From: Penicillus capitatus
Taxonomy: Eukaryota; Plantae; Chlorophyta
Assembly (NCBI GenBank): GCA_965649825.1
Contig: OZ287699.1
Span: 960,477 to 1,024,476 of the forward strand
Length of the DNA: 64,000 nt
Reading direction: 5' to 3'
Below the pieces are notes generated by a model, which did not search any database, was not told the origin of the DNA, and was given only the letters and a program-made list of their open reading frames with translations. A program made the position numbers and the translations under genes. Shown here piece after piece: positions 32,516-46,467 of this stretch (positions are counted from its first letter, which is position 1; each line of letters begins with the position of its first letter).

Positions 32516-35500
32516 CTAGTCATCGTAGTCCAGATCCATCTCCATTGGCTTCTCTTTCTCAGCCTCGATGCGGTTATTCAAAGCAGAATCCGCTTTGCTG
32601 AGGGCTGTCATGATTGCTTCGCAATGGTCTGTAGTGTCCGGCAGATTGTATTTCCATTCTTTCACGACAAGACGGATGCCGTCTGCATTGGTGAAATCTG
32701 AAATGGCAACTTTGTCTGGATTGCCCACCAGCAGTTTGCGAATGGCGATGGCCGCTGTCTCGCGACAAGGTTCATCGCTGCTGTCGAGCAAACGGGTGAT
32801 GGGCGGGATGGCACCAGCCTTGATAACGATCGCACGGATGGCGCCGTCTGCTAGATTGGCCAAAGACAGACAGGCATTTCTGTTGCACAGTTCGTGTTCA
32901 ATGCTGAGCATTTGAATCAGAAGAGGCACAACGCCTGCAGAGACGACTGCTTTCTGGCTAAGAGGATGCGCACACACGAGGTTGGAGATGGCCAACGCCG
33001 CTTTGGCTTTGCTCTTGCCGTCTTCGGCACTGAGCAGCGATGCAAAACGATCCTGAGCATTGTTCTCCAATAGAATGGTCTGGGCACGAGGATTCAGGAC
33101 GCAGAGATTGGCAAGAGCCCATGCAGCTTGTTCCTTGCAGCCATCGTTTCCTGAGTCGATCAGATCCAGCAATATCGGAATACCACCTTCATCGACAATG
33201 AGATCATGATTCTCATCTTTGCAAGCCAAAATCGCTAGTGCAGATGTGGCTGTCTTCTGATAGACTTCTTTCCCTGAACCACACGAATGAGAGCAGAAAA
33301 GCATGTGAAGGAAAACCATTGCGGATCATATCGATCAGGGGACGGATGCCGCCTTCTTTGACGATCTCCAAAACGACATCAGGATTGTAGCCGATGCTCT
33401 TTGTGCGCATCAGGACGCGAAACGGTTTGAACATGTTGTTCCCAACTCCCTCTTTGAGCTTCTCTACTGGTGTAGGCAAGATCTGACAGATAGCAAACAT
33501 AAGTCTCGTCTGAAGGTACAGGCATTGGTGTATAGTCGATACCTTGGAAATGGGTTTTGCTCCTGATTCGATGGACATTGCCACAATGTTGCCATCGTTG
33601 TATGCCAGGTTTGCAAGAGCCAAAGCGGCTCCTCTCTTGCAGTAATCGTTTCCTGAAGTTAACAAAGTCAGCAAGGGGCCAATTGCTCCTTCTTGGACAA
33701 TTAAAGCCTGCAATGCAACGCTCAGCGTATCACTGACGCAGCTCGATCGTTTCTACCTGATTTCTCTCATCATATGCTAAATTGGCCAAGGCTGAAATCG
33801 CATTCTGTTTACACACATCATTTGATTTCTTCAATAACTGAACGAGTGCTGGAATGGCGCCTAGGAAACAGAGAGCATAAGGATCTCGTGTGCATTGAGA
33901 GGAATAAGCAAACCCTCTTTCGCAATTGCCATTGTGTGCGTTGCTCCGTAGGCTAGATTGGCCAATGCCAATCCAGCATTCTTTTTGCACCACAAATTTC
34001 CGGTTGTCAACAGGTGAACGAGCGGACGGATAGCTCCTTCTTGAACAATAGTATACATGTTGTCGCTATTGAAGGCCAAGTTTGCTAAAGCTAATGCAGC
34101 ATTCTGCTTGCACACCATATTTCCTAGACACATGCATCGCATTCACGCACAGAAAGAAAGCATTGAACGAGCGCACCTGTGTTAAGAAGTTGTATGAGTG
34201 ATTTGATTCCGCTCTCTTGAGCGATGACCACCTTGTTTGCGTCATTGTATGCCAGATTGGCCAAAGCAAGAGCAGCATTACTCTGGCAGTCTACGCTTGG
34301 CACTTGCAGAAGCTGAACGAGAGCACGGATACCCCCAGCCTCTGCAATGGTCACTTTGATATCGTCATTGTATGCAAGATTCGCCAAGGCCAGTGCAGCA
34401 TTCTTCTTACTGTCTCTGTTTCCGCTCTCGACCAACTTCACCAGACTGGGGACTCCCCCACATTTGGCAATGGCGAGTTTCATATCGGCCTTGTACGCCA
34501 AATTGGCGATGGCCAGTGCAGCATACCTCTGGCATTCTTGGCTATCTGAGGAAAGCAGTTCAATCAGAGGAATCAGTCCATTCTCTTCTGCCAATGCTGT
34601 CTTGATATCATCATTGAATGCCAAATGCGCTACGGCTGCCACAGCAGCTTCTTTGCACGGCTCGGATCCTGTCGCCAGCAGCTCAACAAGCGAATGGATT
34701 CCACCGTCACGGATAATAGCTTTCCTGTTTTCATCGTTGTTGGAAAGCGATCCCAGGATCTGAATGGCATTCTTCTTGCACTCGTCGCTCTCGGATCCAA
34801 GCATACAGACAAGGGGCTGCACGCCTCCTTCTTCCACAATATTGACTTCGTTACACGATACGAGACGGGCTAAGGTGGATGTCGCTTCGGTCTTTCCAGC
34901 TTCGTTTTCTCCTCCCAGCATCTTCACCAACTGAGGTACCCCGCCCGACTCCACAATAGCAACTTTGTTCTCTCTGTTGCAGGCAATGTTGGCCAATGCT
35001 TTGGTTGCACTCTCAACCACACCCTCTTTTCCAGAATTCACCACTGCTATGAGAGCCGGGATTCCACCGGACTGCGCAATGGCTACCTTGTTTTGATTGT
35101 TCGTTGACAGATTGGCAATCGCAACGGTCACGTGTTCAACCACAGTAGGATTGTCGTGTTTCAGAAGAGACAGAAGGGCAGACAATCCTCCGGCATGTGC
35201 AATGGCCACTTTGTTTTCATGATTGAGCGATAGAGTAGCTAAGGCACGTGCTGCATGCTCCACACATGCTTTGTTTCCCACCGTCAGGAGTTTTACTAGG
35301 GAGCTTGTGCCTCCTTCTTGTGTGATCAATACCTTGTTCTCTGTTGATGCCGCGAGATTGGCCATTGCCAAAGCTGCTTGTTCCTCCACTGCTTTTCTCC
35401 CGCACTTGAGCAGCTCCACCAGTGGAGATATGCCTCCTTGATCTGCAATAGCTTGTTGATTTTCTTCGCTTTGGTATGAGAGATTTCCCAATGCCAAGGC

Positions 35501-38500
35501 AGCATTCTTCTTGCTGGCTTCGTTGCCTTCAGAGAGTAATGGGATGAGCTGTGTGATACCTCCCTGATCTGCGATCTTGGCCTTGTTCTCCGAACTGCCA
35601 AATGCCAGATTAGCAAGAGCCAATGCTGCGTTTCTTCGGCAATTGATGTTGGGAGAAACAAGGAGTTTGATGAGTTCAGGGATGCCTCCCATCGAAACAA
35701 TGGCGTCACGACTGTGCGCATTTCTGGCCAGATTGGCAAGCGCTCTCGCTGCCTCTTCTTCGGCGACTTCGTCCGTTGACAGGAAAGCCATAAGAGCATT
35801 GACGCCGCCTTCTGCGGTTATTCTGACGTTAATTTGTTCATTATAAGCCAAGTTTGCCAAGCACTGTGCACTGTTCTTTGCAATGTGTCCACTTTTCGTC
35901 GCCAGTAGTCTCAAGAGATGACCGATGCATCCTTCGTCCACCATGGACACACGATTGTCATTGTTAAACGCCAGATGAGCAACTGCCAGTGTCACTTCCT
36001 CCAGATACTCTGTGTTGTCCGTCGCAATGAGATTCACGAGAATAGTCGTTCCGCCTTCTGTAGCAATAACTTCCCTGCCAACTTTACTGGTTGCCAAACT
36101 GGCTAAAGCCAGTGCTGCATTCTTGATAGACACATCCCTGTCACTCGAGAGCAGTTCGATGAGTTTCCTTAAGCCTCCTTTCTCAATGATGATGGCCTTC
36201 TCTTTATCGTTGCCTGCCAAACGTGCCATTGCCAATGCAGCTTGGTCTTGGCTCATTTCGTTTCCATTTGCCAACAGATCGATCAGAGAAGGGATTCCAC
36301 CTTCCGGAGAGATGATCACTCCTGTACAGAACACAGCGTTCACTGCACAGTCACTGAATACAACAACAGAAAGCAACCTCGTCCATCATCGCTCGAGATC
36401 GTTCCCAGCGTACGCGCAACGTTCTGTTTTGTGGTTTTGTTGCCTGTGACAAGCAACTGTACCATCGGCAACATGACACCTTCGGCGAGCATGGCGTTTC
36501 GACAATGTTTCTTCTTGGCTAGGTTTGACAGCGCCAGCACCAAGTGGTCGATACATGCTCGGCTGCCGTCCTGCAGCTGTTTGACCATCGGAATAATGCC
36601 TCCTTCGCTCACAATGGCCTCAGATCCCTCATCGAGGATCGAGAGATCGGCTAAGGCAGCCGCAGCCTGTTCACTGCAAACGGCGTTTCCATCTTTCAGC
36701 ATATCAATAAACAGTCTGCTTGTTCCTTCTGCTAATAGGGTAATGCGGCCGAGATTGTGCTGGGCAAGATGGGCAAGTGTACGAACGAGTTGTTCTTTGA
36801 AGGTATCGGATGCTGTGGGCAAGAGAGAGACAATGACAGGTATCGAAGGAGCAATTTCGCTCAGAACACTCTCGTCTACACTCTTAGCGAGATTTGCCAG
36901 AGCGAAGGCCGATTGCTCGCGACAGACAACATGATGTGAGCTTAAGAGCTCGACGATCAAAGATAATCCACCATCAGCTGCAATGATCGCATGGTTTTCA
37001 ACATTTGCAGCAATGCGCGCCAAAGTACGGGCGGCATACCTGAAACCACAGACAGATCACACACATCCAGTCCTGCAAAGCATTGGTTGTGGAGTAGTAC
37101 CCTTTCGATGCGTCATTTCCATTTCTCAGCAGATCGAGGAGCGGACGAACACCTCCTTCCTTGGCAATGACCTCTTTACTGTCGACATTCTTAGACAGAT
37201 TTGCCATGGCAAATGCAGCGTTGGCTTTGCACGAGGAGTTGCCGCTCGTCAGCAACTGTACAAGAGTGGGAATGCCTCCCTGCTTCGAGATAACGACATT
37301 GTTGTCTTCATTGTAGGCCAAGAATGCCAAGGCGCGTGCGGCATGACCCCGACAGGCTTCGTCATTCGTACTCAACAATTCAACCAAGGGCGGAATGCCG
37401 TTCTCTCGTGCGATCGCTGCTTTTCCGGTTTCAAATCCTGCGAGATTCGCCAAGACGAGTGCTGCATTGCGTTTGCATCCTTTGTCATCATTTGAGAGAA
37501 GACGAATGAGACGAGGGATGCCTCCTTGCTCAACAATGGCCACTTTGTTTTCAGGGTTATACGAGAGATAGGCCAAAGCCAGACTGGCACTTGTCTTTCC
37601 GGTCTTGCTACTCACCAGAAGATCCAGCAACGGAGGAAGTCCTCCTGCCTCTACAATTGCCACCTGATTGTTACGATTGTGCGCCAAACTCGCCAGAGCT
37701 TTGGCCGCATGTTGTTTTGCTGTTTCCGTCCCGCTGGTCAAAAGCTCCACGAAGCTGCCGATACCCCCTTCGGTCGAGATCACTACCAGATTATCATTAT
37801 TATGCGCAAGATTGGCAACGGCACGAGCCGCATGTTCTTGACAAGCATCATCCGATGAAGAAAGCAACTCCACAAGAGAAGGTATACCGCCTTCCTTCGC
37901 AATCATAATTTTTGCCTGCTCTGTGGACGAGAGATTTGCCAACACAAGAGCAGCTGTCCGTTTGCAATTCTTGTTGTCGGACGCCAGAAGACGGATGAGA
38001 CGTGACAGGCCTCCATGTTTCAAGATCTCTTCCTGATTCAGGGAATTATACGACAGACATCCCAGCGCCGTACAGGCATTGCTCTTGCACGTACGATCGC
38101 TGCTTACAAGCAAATTCAACAGCGCCTGAACGCCGCCAACGGCAGCAATCTCCATCTGGTTCGCACGGTTATGTGCCAGTTGACTCAGCACACGAGAAGC
38201 TTCCTGTTTGAGAGTATCGTCCCCCCGCATCAGTATATCGACGAGCGGTTTAATGCCTCCTTCATTGCTGATGCTTAACTTGCTGGTGGCTGCTAATGAT
38301 CCCAACGCCTGCAGAGCTTGCAGAACCTGTGCGGGTGTGCCATTACGCATGCGGTGTACGAGTTGAGCCACGGACGGACAGCCTCCTCTAGGGGCTTTGC
38401 GTTCCGAGGCGACAGGGAGTTCACTCTGCGTTCTGAGCAAACTTCCTCCTCCTCCACCGCCACCACCAGACCCACCAGGAACAAACGATCCAGCGCGTTG

Positions 38501-38674
38501 GAGAGAAAGGCCATTCAACGGTATTTCGCCGAGGGACAATTGACTCTGTAAGGGACGAAAGGCAGCCGCATTGAAACTGAGAGAAGGCGTAAGACGCGAC
38601 GCAGAAACCGGCGGTAGGTCCTCTGGTGTTTCAGAGGAGCTTGCCGATGGTCGACTCATACCTAGTGCACGCAT
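32516..38674 (-). CDS. Very large armadillo-repeat protein (~1,900 aa, roughly 40 ARM repeats)
   Basis: ORFs 36998-38674, 36340-37023, 34124-36376 and the smaller downstream ORFs join in frame across about 7 GT-AG introns. Recurrent unit EGGIxxLVxLL..G....KxNAALALANLAYN. No other domain seen. Confidence 0.9.
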
Positions 38675-38906
38675 CGTTCAATGCCGCCAATTTTTTAACG
38701 CGGAGCAGCGTGAAGCTGTAAGGAAGGTGAGGCTGAAAGCGTGTCTGAAGCTCACTTTTAGTCTTAAAGGGACGCAACGTCAACAAAGTGTACGGTGTGC
38801 ACTTCCGATTCCAAGTCTCGCTTCTTTCGCGGTTTGCGAGTGAAGACGAAAAATACTGAAACTTCAAAGGTTGTTAACGTCTTTATTGTCGTTTTTGCGC
38901 GTCACA

Positions 38907-41165
38907 TCATGTAGATCGTGTAGGCAAACGTTGCTCAGTCATGTGACGCTTAACGGACGAGATGTCGACTTCTTGACGATGAAAGATCCCAGCCGCCAGT
39001 GCGGCCGACGCTGTTGTCGATTGAAACACCTTTGAGCATTTGTCAATGTACAGGACGGGGATATCGACGGATCTTACCTCTGTAAAATGCTCTGGTCTCC
39101 CGGCACCACTGCTGGCGATGACAGGAATGGTCACGGCGTTGCAAACCGCTTGGACCAGTTCCAGATCGAATCCCTGATGAGAGGACGGGTCTAAATAGTT
39201 CGAGAGAAGAGAGCATTACGTTGCCTTGGCCATCGTTGTCAATGCAGTTCAGCAGAATCTCTCCAGCGCCCAAGTCCTCGACGGCACGAGCGAGTTCTAC
39301 GGCACTGACATCACGTAACTCGCGTCCGCCCTTTACCGTACATTGCCACCAACAGTATTGCTCCCCACCTGGACCTATGCGCGGCGCTCATCGGGAGGGA
39401 ACGGGGAACGGATTCGACCTGCACCTTTACTCTTGGATTCGACACAAATGTGTGCGCAGTTGTGTGGATCATCTACCCAAACCCGTTTGGGATCGATGCT
39501 GACCACGACAGCTTGGGCACCGTACACTGCAGATATCTGCTCAATGCTGCTTTCTCCTGCGTGTCACATCAGTAGGGATGGTGGTGCTGTTGATCCGTAC
39601 CTGTTTTGATCCCAGTCTTAAGAAAATCTTCCGCGATATAAACAGCATCGCTTCCAATGGAGACTTTGTCTGCTCCGGCTCTGAAAAAGATAAGCCGTCT
39701 TTGATGATGAGGAATAGGGAAGAGAATCTACCTGAAGTAGGAAGAGGCAACTTCCAGTGCGGAGTAGGATTGCTTGTTTGCATCCGTAAATCCGCGTATA
39801 CCACCACCGACTGTTAGTGGTACGAAGACGCCTTCGGATGTCTTGCGCAGAACGTCCAACATCGGTAGATCCGACAATGGAAAATCCCGAAATCCTTGAA
39901 ACTGCACGTCAAGCCAGAGAATTTGTGGAGTGCTCTTTTCGCACCCGTAATGTTGAGGAATGTGACTTCGTCTGCTCCCTCTTGAAAATACCGTTCGGCC
40001 AAAGATACGGGCTGACCTAGATTGCGGACATTGCCTTCTTCTCGGACGTCATATTGGTCCCCCTTTGACGGCATAATAGTTATGAGCTCCGCCGATCAGT
40101 TCAGACCTTTGTAACGACCAAGTCGCCGTCGTCATTAGCTCTCACATCCAGGCAAGCAATCACACGTTTTGCAAGACCCGGACCGTCAGAAGAAATGGCT
40201 GATGGAGTCAAATCCCGAACAGCATCAGCTGCGTCCAGTTCAAGGAATGATCTCAGAATGCTGAGTCCAACGTGTCCACTCTTCTCTGGATGAAACTGGG
40301 TGGCATAGATATTCTTCTTGCCAACTGTATAGATGAACGATCGATTCGTCAATCATCACCTCGAGTTTCGCACTTGCAGAAATGAACCGAGATCCATAGG
40401 TCGATGTTGCCAGTGACCAGTCACTGTCGCACGTCTCTGCTCGGTAGGAATGCACGAAATAAACGCGTTCTCCGGCAACAGGACTGAGCAAAGGACTCGG
40501 CCTGTTCTCTTCAAACGTGTTCCATCCGATATGAGGAACGGAAAGGTCCTCAGACGCATCGAACTTTGTGATCCGACCTAAGCGCAAGAATTCTGCATCT
40601 TGTGCTGTGTTGCATGAAAGGACCCTTAATGACATCGAGGCCTTCGCATCCTCCGTTCTCCTCACTCACAGAGAAGAGCAGCTGAAGACCCAGACAGATG
40701 CCAAGAAATGGCTTAGACGACTGGAACAGCGTTTGGTGTTGTGTGCGGATTCAGGGACGGATGGTGTACTTGGAGATATTCAACAAGAGGCTGTTCGAAT
40801 TGACGCTCCCTCAGAACCCGCATCGCCGCACCGAAGCTTCCCACTCCAGGAAAGATCAACTTGTTGGCAGATAAGATATCCGATGGCTTCTCGATCTGTC
40901 ACCGATGAACTGTGTTTTGGAAATTTATGAACGGCAGTGGGGTACATACATCTTTGACAGTGAAGCCAAGTTTCCGAATTGCGTTTCGGACACTTCGAAC
41001 GTTGCCAGCCCCGTAATCCAACAGAAAGACTTCCTTTGAAGAGGCAACGACGGCACCTCTTCTGAATAGAGGACGGCGTTTCTGCCGCCGAGCCTGTTTC
41101 CATCGAATAGCGCGAAAACAGGAGCTGCGATCGAGACCAACAGTAGACACGGGTATCGAAAACAT
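38907..41165 (-). CDS. HIS7: Bifunctional imidazole glycerol phosphate synthase HisHF with plastid transit peptide
   Basis: [39 protein letters not shown] (HisH); [54 protein letters not shown] (HisF). Confidence 0.97.
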
Positions 41166-41209
41166 GACGGCAAAGACATGTTAATACGACGATCACGGGG
41201 ATAGAGATC

Positions 41210-41291
41210 CGCTGAGAGCAGGGTTCGAACCTGCGCGGGCAGAGCCCAATGGATTTCAAGTCCATCTCCTTAACCACTCGGACATCTCAGC
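41210..41291 (-). tRNA. tRNA-Ser(UGA)
   Basis: Reverse complement GCTGAGATGTCCGAGTGGTTAAGGAGATGGAC-TTGAAA-TCCATTGGGCTCTGCCCGCGCAGGTTCGAACCCTGCTCTCAGCG: 7-bp acceptor stem, UGA anticodon, long variable arm, TTCGAA T-loop, G discriminator. Confidence 0.97.
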
Positions 41292-42312
41292 ATCGGGCGA
41301 GAACGTCATTTCGAGCTTATTGACACTACTGTAAAGAAACCCAAGGCATTCGGTAGAGAGTCACATCCAGCGCGTCGTTCATATCTAGCGTAAGGTAAAC
41401 ACGGAGGGAATATACTGCAGCGTTTTGGTGCCTTCTGTTTACTTTTTTGCAAATGCGCCTCAGAGAACCTCGAATCAAAGTGTAATGCAGAAGACCAGGT
41501 ACAGACTCTGCCGTTTATGGATAGCACTGTTATCGATTTAGCGAATGTGAACGCGTGTGTGCTCTTCTTGCTTTCCACCTCTCAATTCCTTCACTCGATC
41601 GTAAAATGACCGTTCAGTTTATGATAAAAGAACAAGCAACATATGGACAGTGTACACAAGCACGAGTAAGAAATAGCACGAGTGAGGTCACCGTCGGAGA
41701 ATGGCACCCTTCTTTAGGATTTCAAACGAACGGATCGAATTCACTAGAATGCGAAAGAGAGCATAAATCACACGCAGAAGATGATAAGGGATGATCAGAA
41801 TCTCGGAATAGATTAACACGACGAATAGAGGGAACAGATACAGATGATGTTCTTCGTCATCATGTTTCCGAAACACTAGACTCGGAAATAATAATACCGC
41901 AATTGCAGACGATCATTGCATCTGCAGATTGCATCATCACTTTATCGATGCATCGGACAGTAATCGAAGATCTGCCAGGACAAATTTGTGGATCGTTTGA
42001 AAATTCCATCATCTCAGAGATGTCTCCTTTGCACTGAACGACATATCTGGTGGCGAAGATCGTGTTTGTTCATCCAGAATGACCGTCAGTGCATCGGCTT
42101 AGCCAGAGGAAAGCACATTGTCAGAGCTTAGAGGTGAATGGACTCTTTCGAGAAACGTCCTAAACGAGGTCGATGGAAGCGCGAGAGTCAAAGGGAACCG
42201 TTATTGCCAGCGGATTGTGGAATCTCCAGTGAAGTTCATGTTCTTCTTTTTTAATGGTTCATGCGAAGGGTAAGATACCTAACGGTTCTTCTCGTTCCAT
42301 CAACCATTCTCG

Positions 42313-43608
42313 ATGGACGTCGAAGTTTCGGTCACTGCGCCGTCAAAGAAGGCGCTAAAGAAAGAGAAAAAACGCGAAAGGTGACGAATCAGATGACGAG
42401 TCTGAGCGATCCACTCCACCCGCACTGTTTACACACAGACTGGCCCATTTGAAGGAACTTCGTAAGGCGTCAAGAAAAAAGAAGAAGAAAGAAAAGAGAG
42501 AGCGTCAAAAGGGACAGTTTCAGAATGTACAGGTAGGTCCCCACATCCAATCAACATCCACTTCCGAGAAATACAGCCGTGCTGCAACAGCAGAACACGC
42601 GGGTCGAAGACAAGGCTAGGTTAAGACAGGTGACGATCACTTGGTCCAATGCTCGCTTCTTCGCAATGCTGCTCTCCTTAGGCCAAAGAAACGGCCCCAA
42701 GATTAGTGATTGATCTATCGCTGTCTCACCTGATGACCGAGAAGGAAGTCGGTTCTCTCTGTCGACAGCTCACCACGATATACGTCCAAAACAAGCGATC
42801 GCGGCATCCATTCCATCTGAATTTTACAAGCTTTACAGGACCATTCAAAGTAAGGATTCAGTCAGGGTAGGGATTGGGCAAAGGATGGATGCAATAGGAA
42901 TCCTTTGAGAGGTTCAGTCCAACGTACCACAACTGGATCATCGACATCCACGAGGAATCCTTCCTCGAGGTTTGGGCCATGGGATCGAGAAGGAGTGTGT
43001 GGTCATTGCCGCGTTTTCAGGTTTTCTCGAATGAGAAAGGAAAAATGGTTTACTTGACGGCAGATGCGCCGGCTAATCTGATGGATCTGACACTGGAGGG
43101 AGAAACGCCGTGTCGTTTTGCCAGAGAATGGATTCTGATCATCGGCAAGTGCTTCGCTCTGCCGTCCTCTTGACACATTGTCTGCAAAGGTGGCCTCATC
43201 GATCGGAATCGGCATAAAAACATTTGCCATGAAAAGGCAATGAAGCATGGCATAATGGCAGCTCAATTGCCGCTGTATCTTCTGGAAGGGATCAACAAAG
43301 GCTTAAGTGTACGTCGCTGATTTATCATTGTTGTCAAGGAATGTGTGTCCTTTCAGGTTCTGACCACAAATCAGTGTGCAGAAATGCTCCTGCGCTATCA
43401 GGAATCTCTAGACTGGTCCTTAGCCGTCTCTTCGACCTATCCAAAGCGGAAACTGACGACTAAGCAGTCCGTGACACAGGACACATCGACAGATGGTGTC
43501 ACGACGGCTGCCGAACAGGAGAGAGATGTCAAAGAAAGTCAAGATGATGTGACGGCGTCCGCGACAGGAGTACTACCCAGTACCCATGTTGCAGAAGGTA
43601 TTGTTTGA
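42313..43608 (+). CDS. TRM10: tRNA (guanine-9-N1)-methyltransferase Trm10
   Basis: Lys/Glu-rich N-terminus, LVIDLS..HLMTEKE..SL..QL, VYLTADA, GGLIDRNRHK, AQLPL and VLTTNQC.EML. Confidence 0.92.
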
Positions 43609-43625
43609 GACAACATGTTTTAATT

Positions 43626-45566
43626 CTAGAGCTCATCTCTGTCATGCGTGTTTACGAATTCATCATCTTCCTCCTCTTCCTCATCTTCATAATCCTCCTC
43701 TTCGTCCTCGTCGTCATCATCAAAATCTGTCCATACCAAAATTGTATGCGATTGACTTGACGGTTGTCGTCTTACCGTCCACTCCCTGCGATTTAAGAGT
43801 CTCTTTGCGTTTGTCGCCTTCCTCCTTCTCAAGTTTTTCAAACATCTCCTCTGGAACACGATTTCAAAGGTCAGTTGTTGACAGGAGAGTGTGGCACTCC
43901 ACTTTCGGCATCCTTATTCTTTCCAAAAGTGTCTCTGCCAAACTGAAGTGCCTCTTCTAAACTGTCCCCCACGACAATGTTGTCAAAAATCGAACCACTT
44001 TTCACTTGCCTAAGCAAAACGCAATACCTCATCATCCATTCAAACACATTCGGCTGGATACCATAGTTCGAATCCAACGAACTTCATGTCCGGGTGATGA
44101 TAGAGTGTATCGTCGTGGACGTAGTCCGGATTCGGAATCTCTGGTCGCTTCCATTTTCCTTTGTAATCTGGATTGTCCATCATTTTTGGCTTCCATTCTC
44201 CTAAAGCCACACCATTGCTATCCTTCTCTCGACGATGCGGAGGAGACGACCTTTGAAATCTGGATTCTTGATTTTTGGCGGTTCCCAAAGACCGTCCGAT
44301 TCTTCATCCCATTCATCAGGCTTTACAGCATTGGCGTCGACAATGTACTCCGGAATGTCATCGTAGCCTAACCTCATCACGATTCGCTAACAGACAACAG
44401 AGATTAATTTTTCTTACCTTCAGGTTTGACATCGTCCGGATCCGGAATCCGGCGTCGATCGTCCCAGTCTTCTGGTTTGACTGCCGAAGCATCCTAGTCA
44501 GAGCACGAACATTTCTAGAAGGATTCTGGTCCAGTCAACACGGCGTGCATGCTCAGACAAGTCTGAAATATGAAAATAAACATCGGATTCAACAGAATCC
44601 TTCTTTATCTCTCCTCATCATTGCGATGCGCCGCCAACAACCAACGATATGACTGACAAGCACGCTTGCTTACTTCGATTGTCTTCGCTCCCACAATGTC
44701 AAAGCCCGTGAACAGATCCCCAGAGCCCGCTTCTTCTAAATCGATAAAGACCTGACACGAAGCAATGTTTCGGCATGTCTGCGGAGTCGAATGCTTCGAA
44801 AGGACTTTGTATTCGTTGGCTGGAGTGATCAGCAGTGTATAGACATGTGTCAATTCATCCGTCTTGCATCGAATCTCTTCGTTTATCATGTGATTCGTCC
44901 CATTGTGCCACACAATCACGTGGACTTTCTTCTTTCCTCCGCATATATCGGGACCGAACATGATCAAGTATGGCGTCTCTCCGTCAAGCTTCTTTCCCAT
45001 CTTGTCTTTGCTGCATCACACATAGAATCTCAACAAAGCGGGATACGTCGTTTAGTGCGATGCCTGGTTTCGGGGAAGACTTTAATGTATCCTCCACCGC
45101 AGTCGATTCTTTGTTCGTGCTTCACAGAGTACTGAAACGAAAGATGATGTGACAGGTTGGCCGGTTCAGGACGCTACCTGCCTGTATCACAAGATCGGAT
45201 TCCTTGTTATCGAAAACTTCCGGAAACTCAGCAGAGATGGCAAAGAATTTGGCATCGGGTGTTGTTTTAATGCCTTTGTCCTCTTCTGCATCGCCGTACC
45301 TAAAGATCCAATCGGCGTGTGCCATTCGTAGGAGATGCGTCACCATCGTCCAGCCGACATTACCCAAGATCCACCACTGCCGTCGTTCTGACGCCAATCC
45401 GATATGGTCCAACGATCCTCCCACGTTTCTAAAAGACAAGAACGTCGCACAATTGTCTAACCTCTGCCATGCTGCATGCAGTACTGTCGAACGTCTCTTT
45501 GAAAAAGAACTTGGCGTGCGCCGTTGTTGCCGAGAAGAGGAGCAGAGCACAGCAGAGGCGTTGCAT
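43626..45566 (-). CDS. CALR: Calreticulin
   Basis: Signal peptide MQRLCCALLLFSATTAHA, FFKETFD, YLIMFGPDICG, P-domain repeats (IPDPD..KPEDWD; GEWKP), QVKSGSIFDNI, acidic tail ending RDEL-TAG. Confidence 0.97.
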
Positions 45567-45704
45567 CGAAGAGGCATCAACGCCCTGGCGGCTCTTGGCA
45601 AAATCCGAGCGCAACATCGATGCTGTGACGGTCAGAGCCGCAACAATGGACACTTGTCCGTTCGTCAAGGCAAATTAGTTCATTAGCCTCTTCTGTCAAC
45701 GACG

Positions 45705-46216
45705 ATGTCTTCGTCTTCGACCTGCAAAGCGCCCGGTCGTGCACGTCTCGCATCAGCACTGCGGTATCGACAGAAGCCGTTACACAGTTGTGCCCATCCT
45801 CTGCGTTTACGAGACACGGTCTTCGTGGCGAAGCGACACACTTGGCGAAGACACGCCTTGGAAATCGATTTCTCCGATCCAGATGTTCTACTCGCGCTAG
45901 GTCGGTCGCCTCAGCCAGACCACCTCATATCCATTCACAGACGCACACGCATGTAGCGGGAGCGATCGTGGGAATCGGGATCGGAATTGGTGTCCCCGTA
46001 TTTATCGTCTCGCGTGACAAACTCGACGAAGAGCGTGTCGAGGCGCTGCGCGAGTTAAACAGAGAGACCTATGAAGCCACCGGAGAGTACCTCTCCAAAG
46101 TACCCCTGCCGTTATCTCTGCCGCCCACGTGTCTTCATGGTCATTCGCAGGAGGAATTGGCCAAGATCCGGCCGCCGCGATGGACAGATCGACGTGAATT
46201 CAAGGATGACGATTGA
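45705..46216 (+). CDS. Small single-pass membrane protein, probably plastid-targeted
   Basis: Ser/Arg-rich N-terminus, transmembrane segment GAIVGIGIGIGVPVFIV, then charged C-terminus ...IRPPRWTDRREFKDDD; two short introns. Confidence 0.6.
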
Positions 46217-46467
46217 GAGATCGAGAGCGCGTAGACTGTGACCCATTGAGATTTTTGGCGTTTGAGAGATGCATGTGCGAAATGACGGATGACTGTGAAC
46301 GTCCTACTCGGTGCGTCCTTTCTTTTCACGTCCTGTTTATCCGTCGTGACTTGCGATTACCCTCGGCCGCGTCGCACCGTTGTTGTTTATAACAGCAGAC
46401 TCCGGTATTTTTCCTATCGGCCTTTTGCCTTCTCCTATCATCAGCACGACCCCACCCACAGTGGACG

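Noticed and set aside
41210-43608. tRNA gene adjacent to the tRNA methyltransferase TRM10
   Set aside because: About 1 kb apart and divergently oriented; nothing in the sequence indicates a functional link, and chance adjacency is likely in such a dense genome.
43626-43640. Alternative nuclear code (TAA/TAG = Gln) as in some ulvophytes, suggested by both thioredoxins sharing a downstream in-frame TGA
   Set aside because: Calreticulin ends exactly RDEL-TAG, CDPK and POLD4 end at TAA at expected positions, and long conserved exons contain no internal TAA/TAG.
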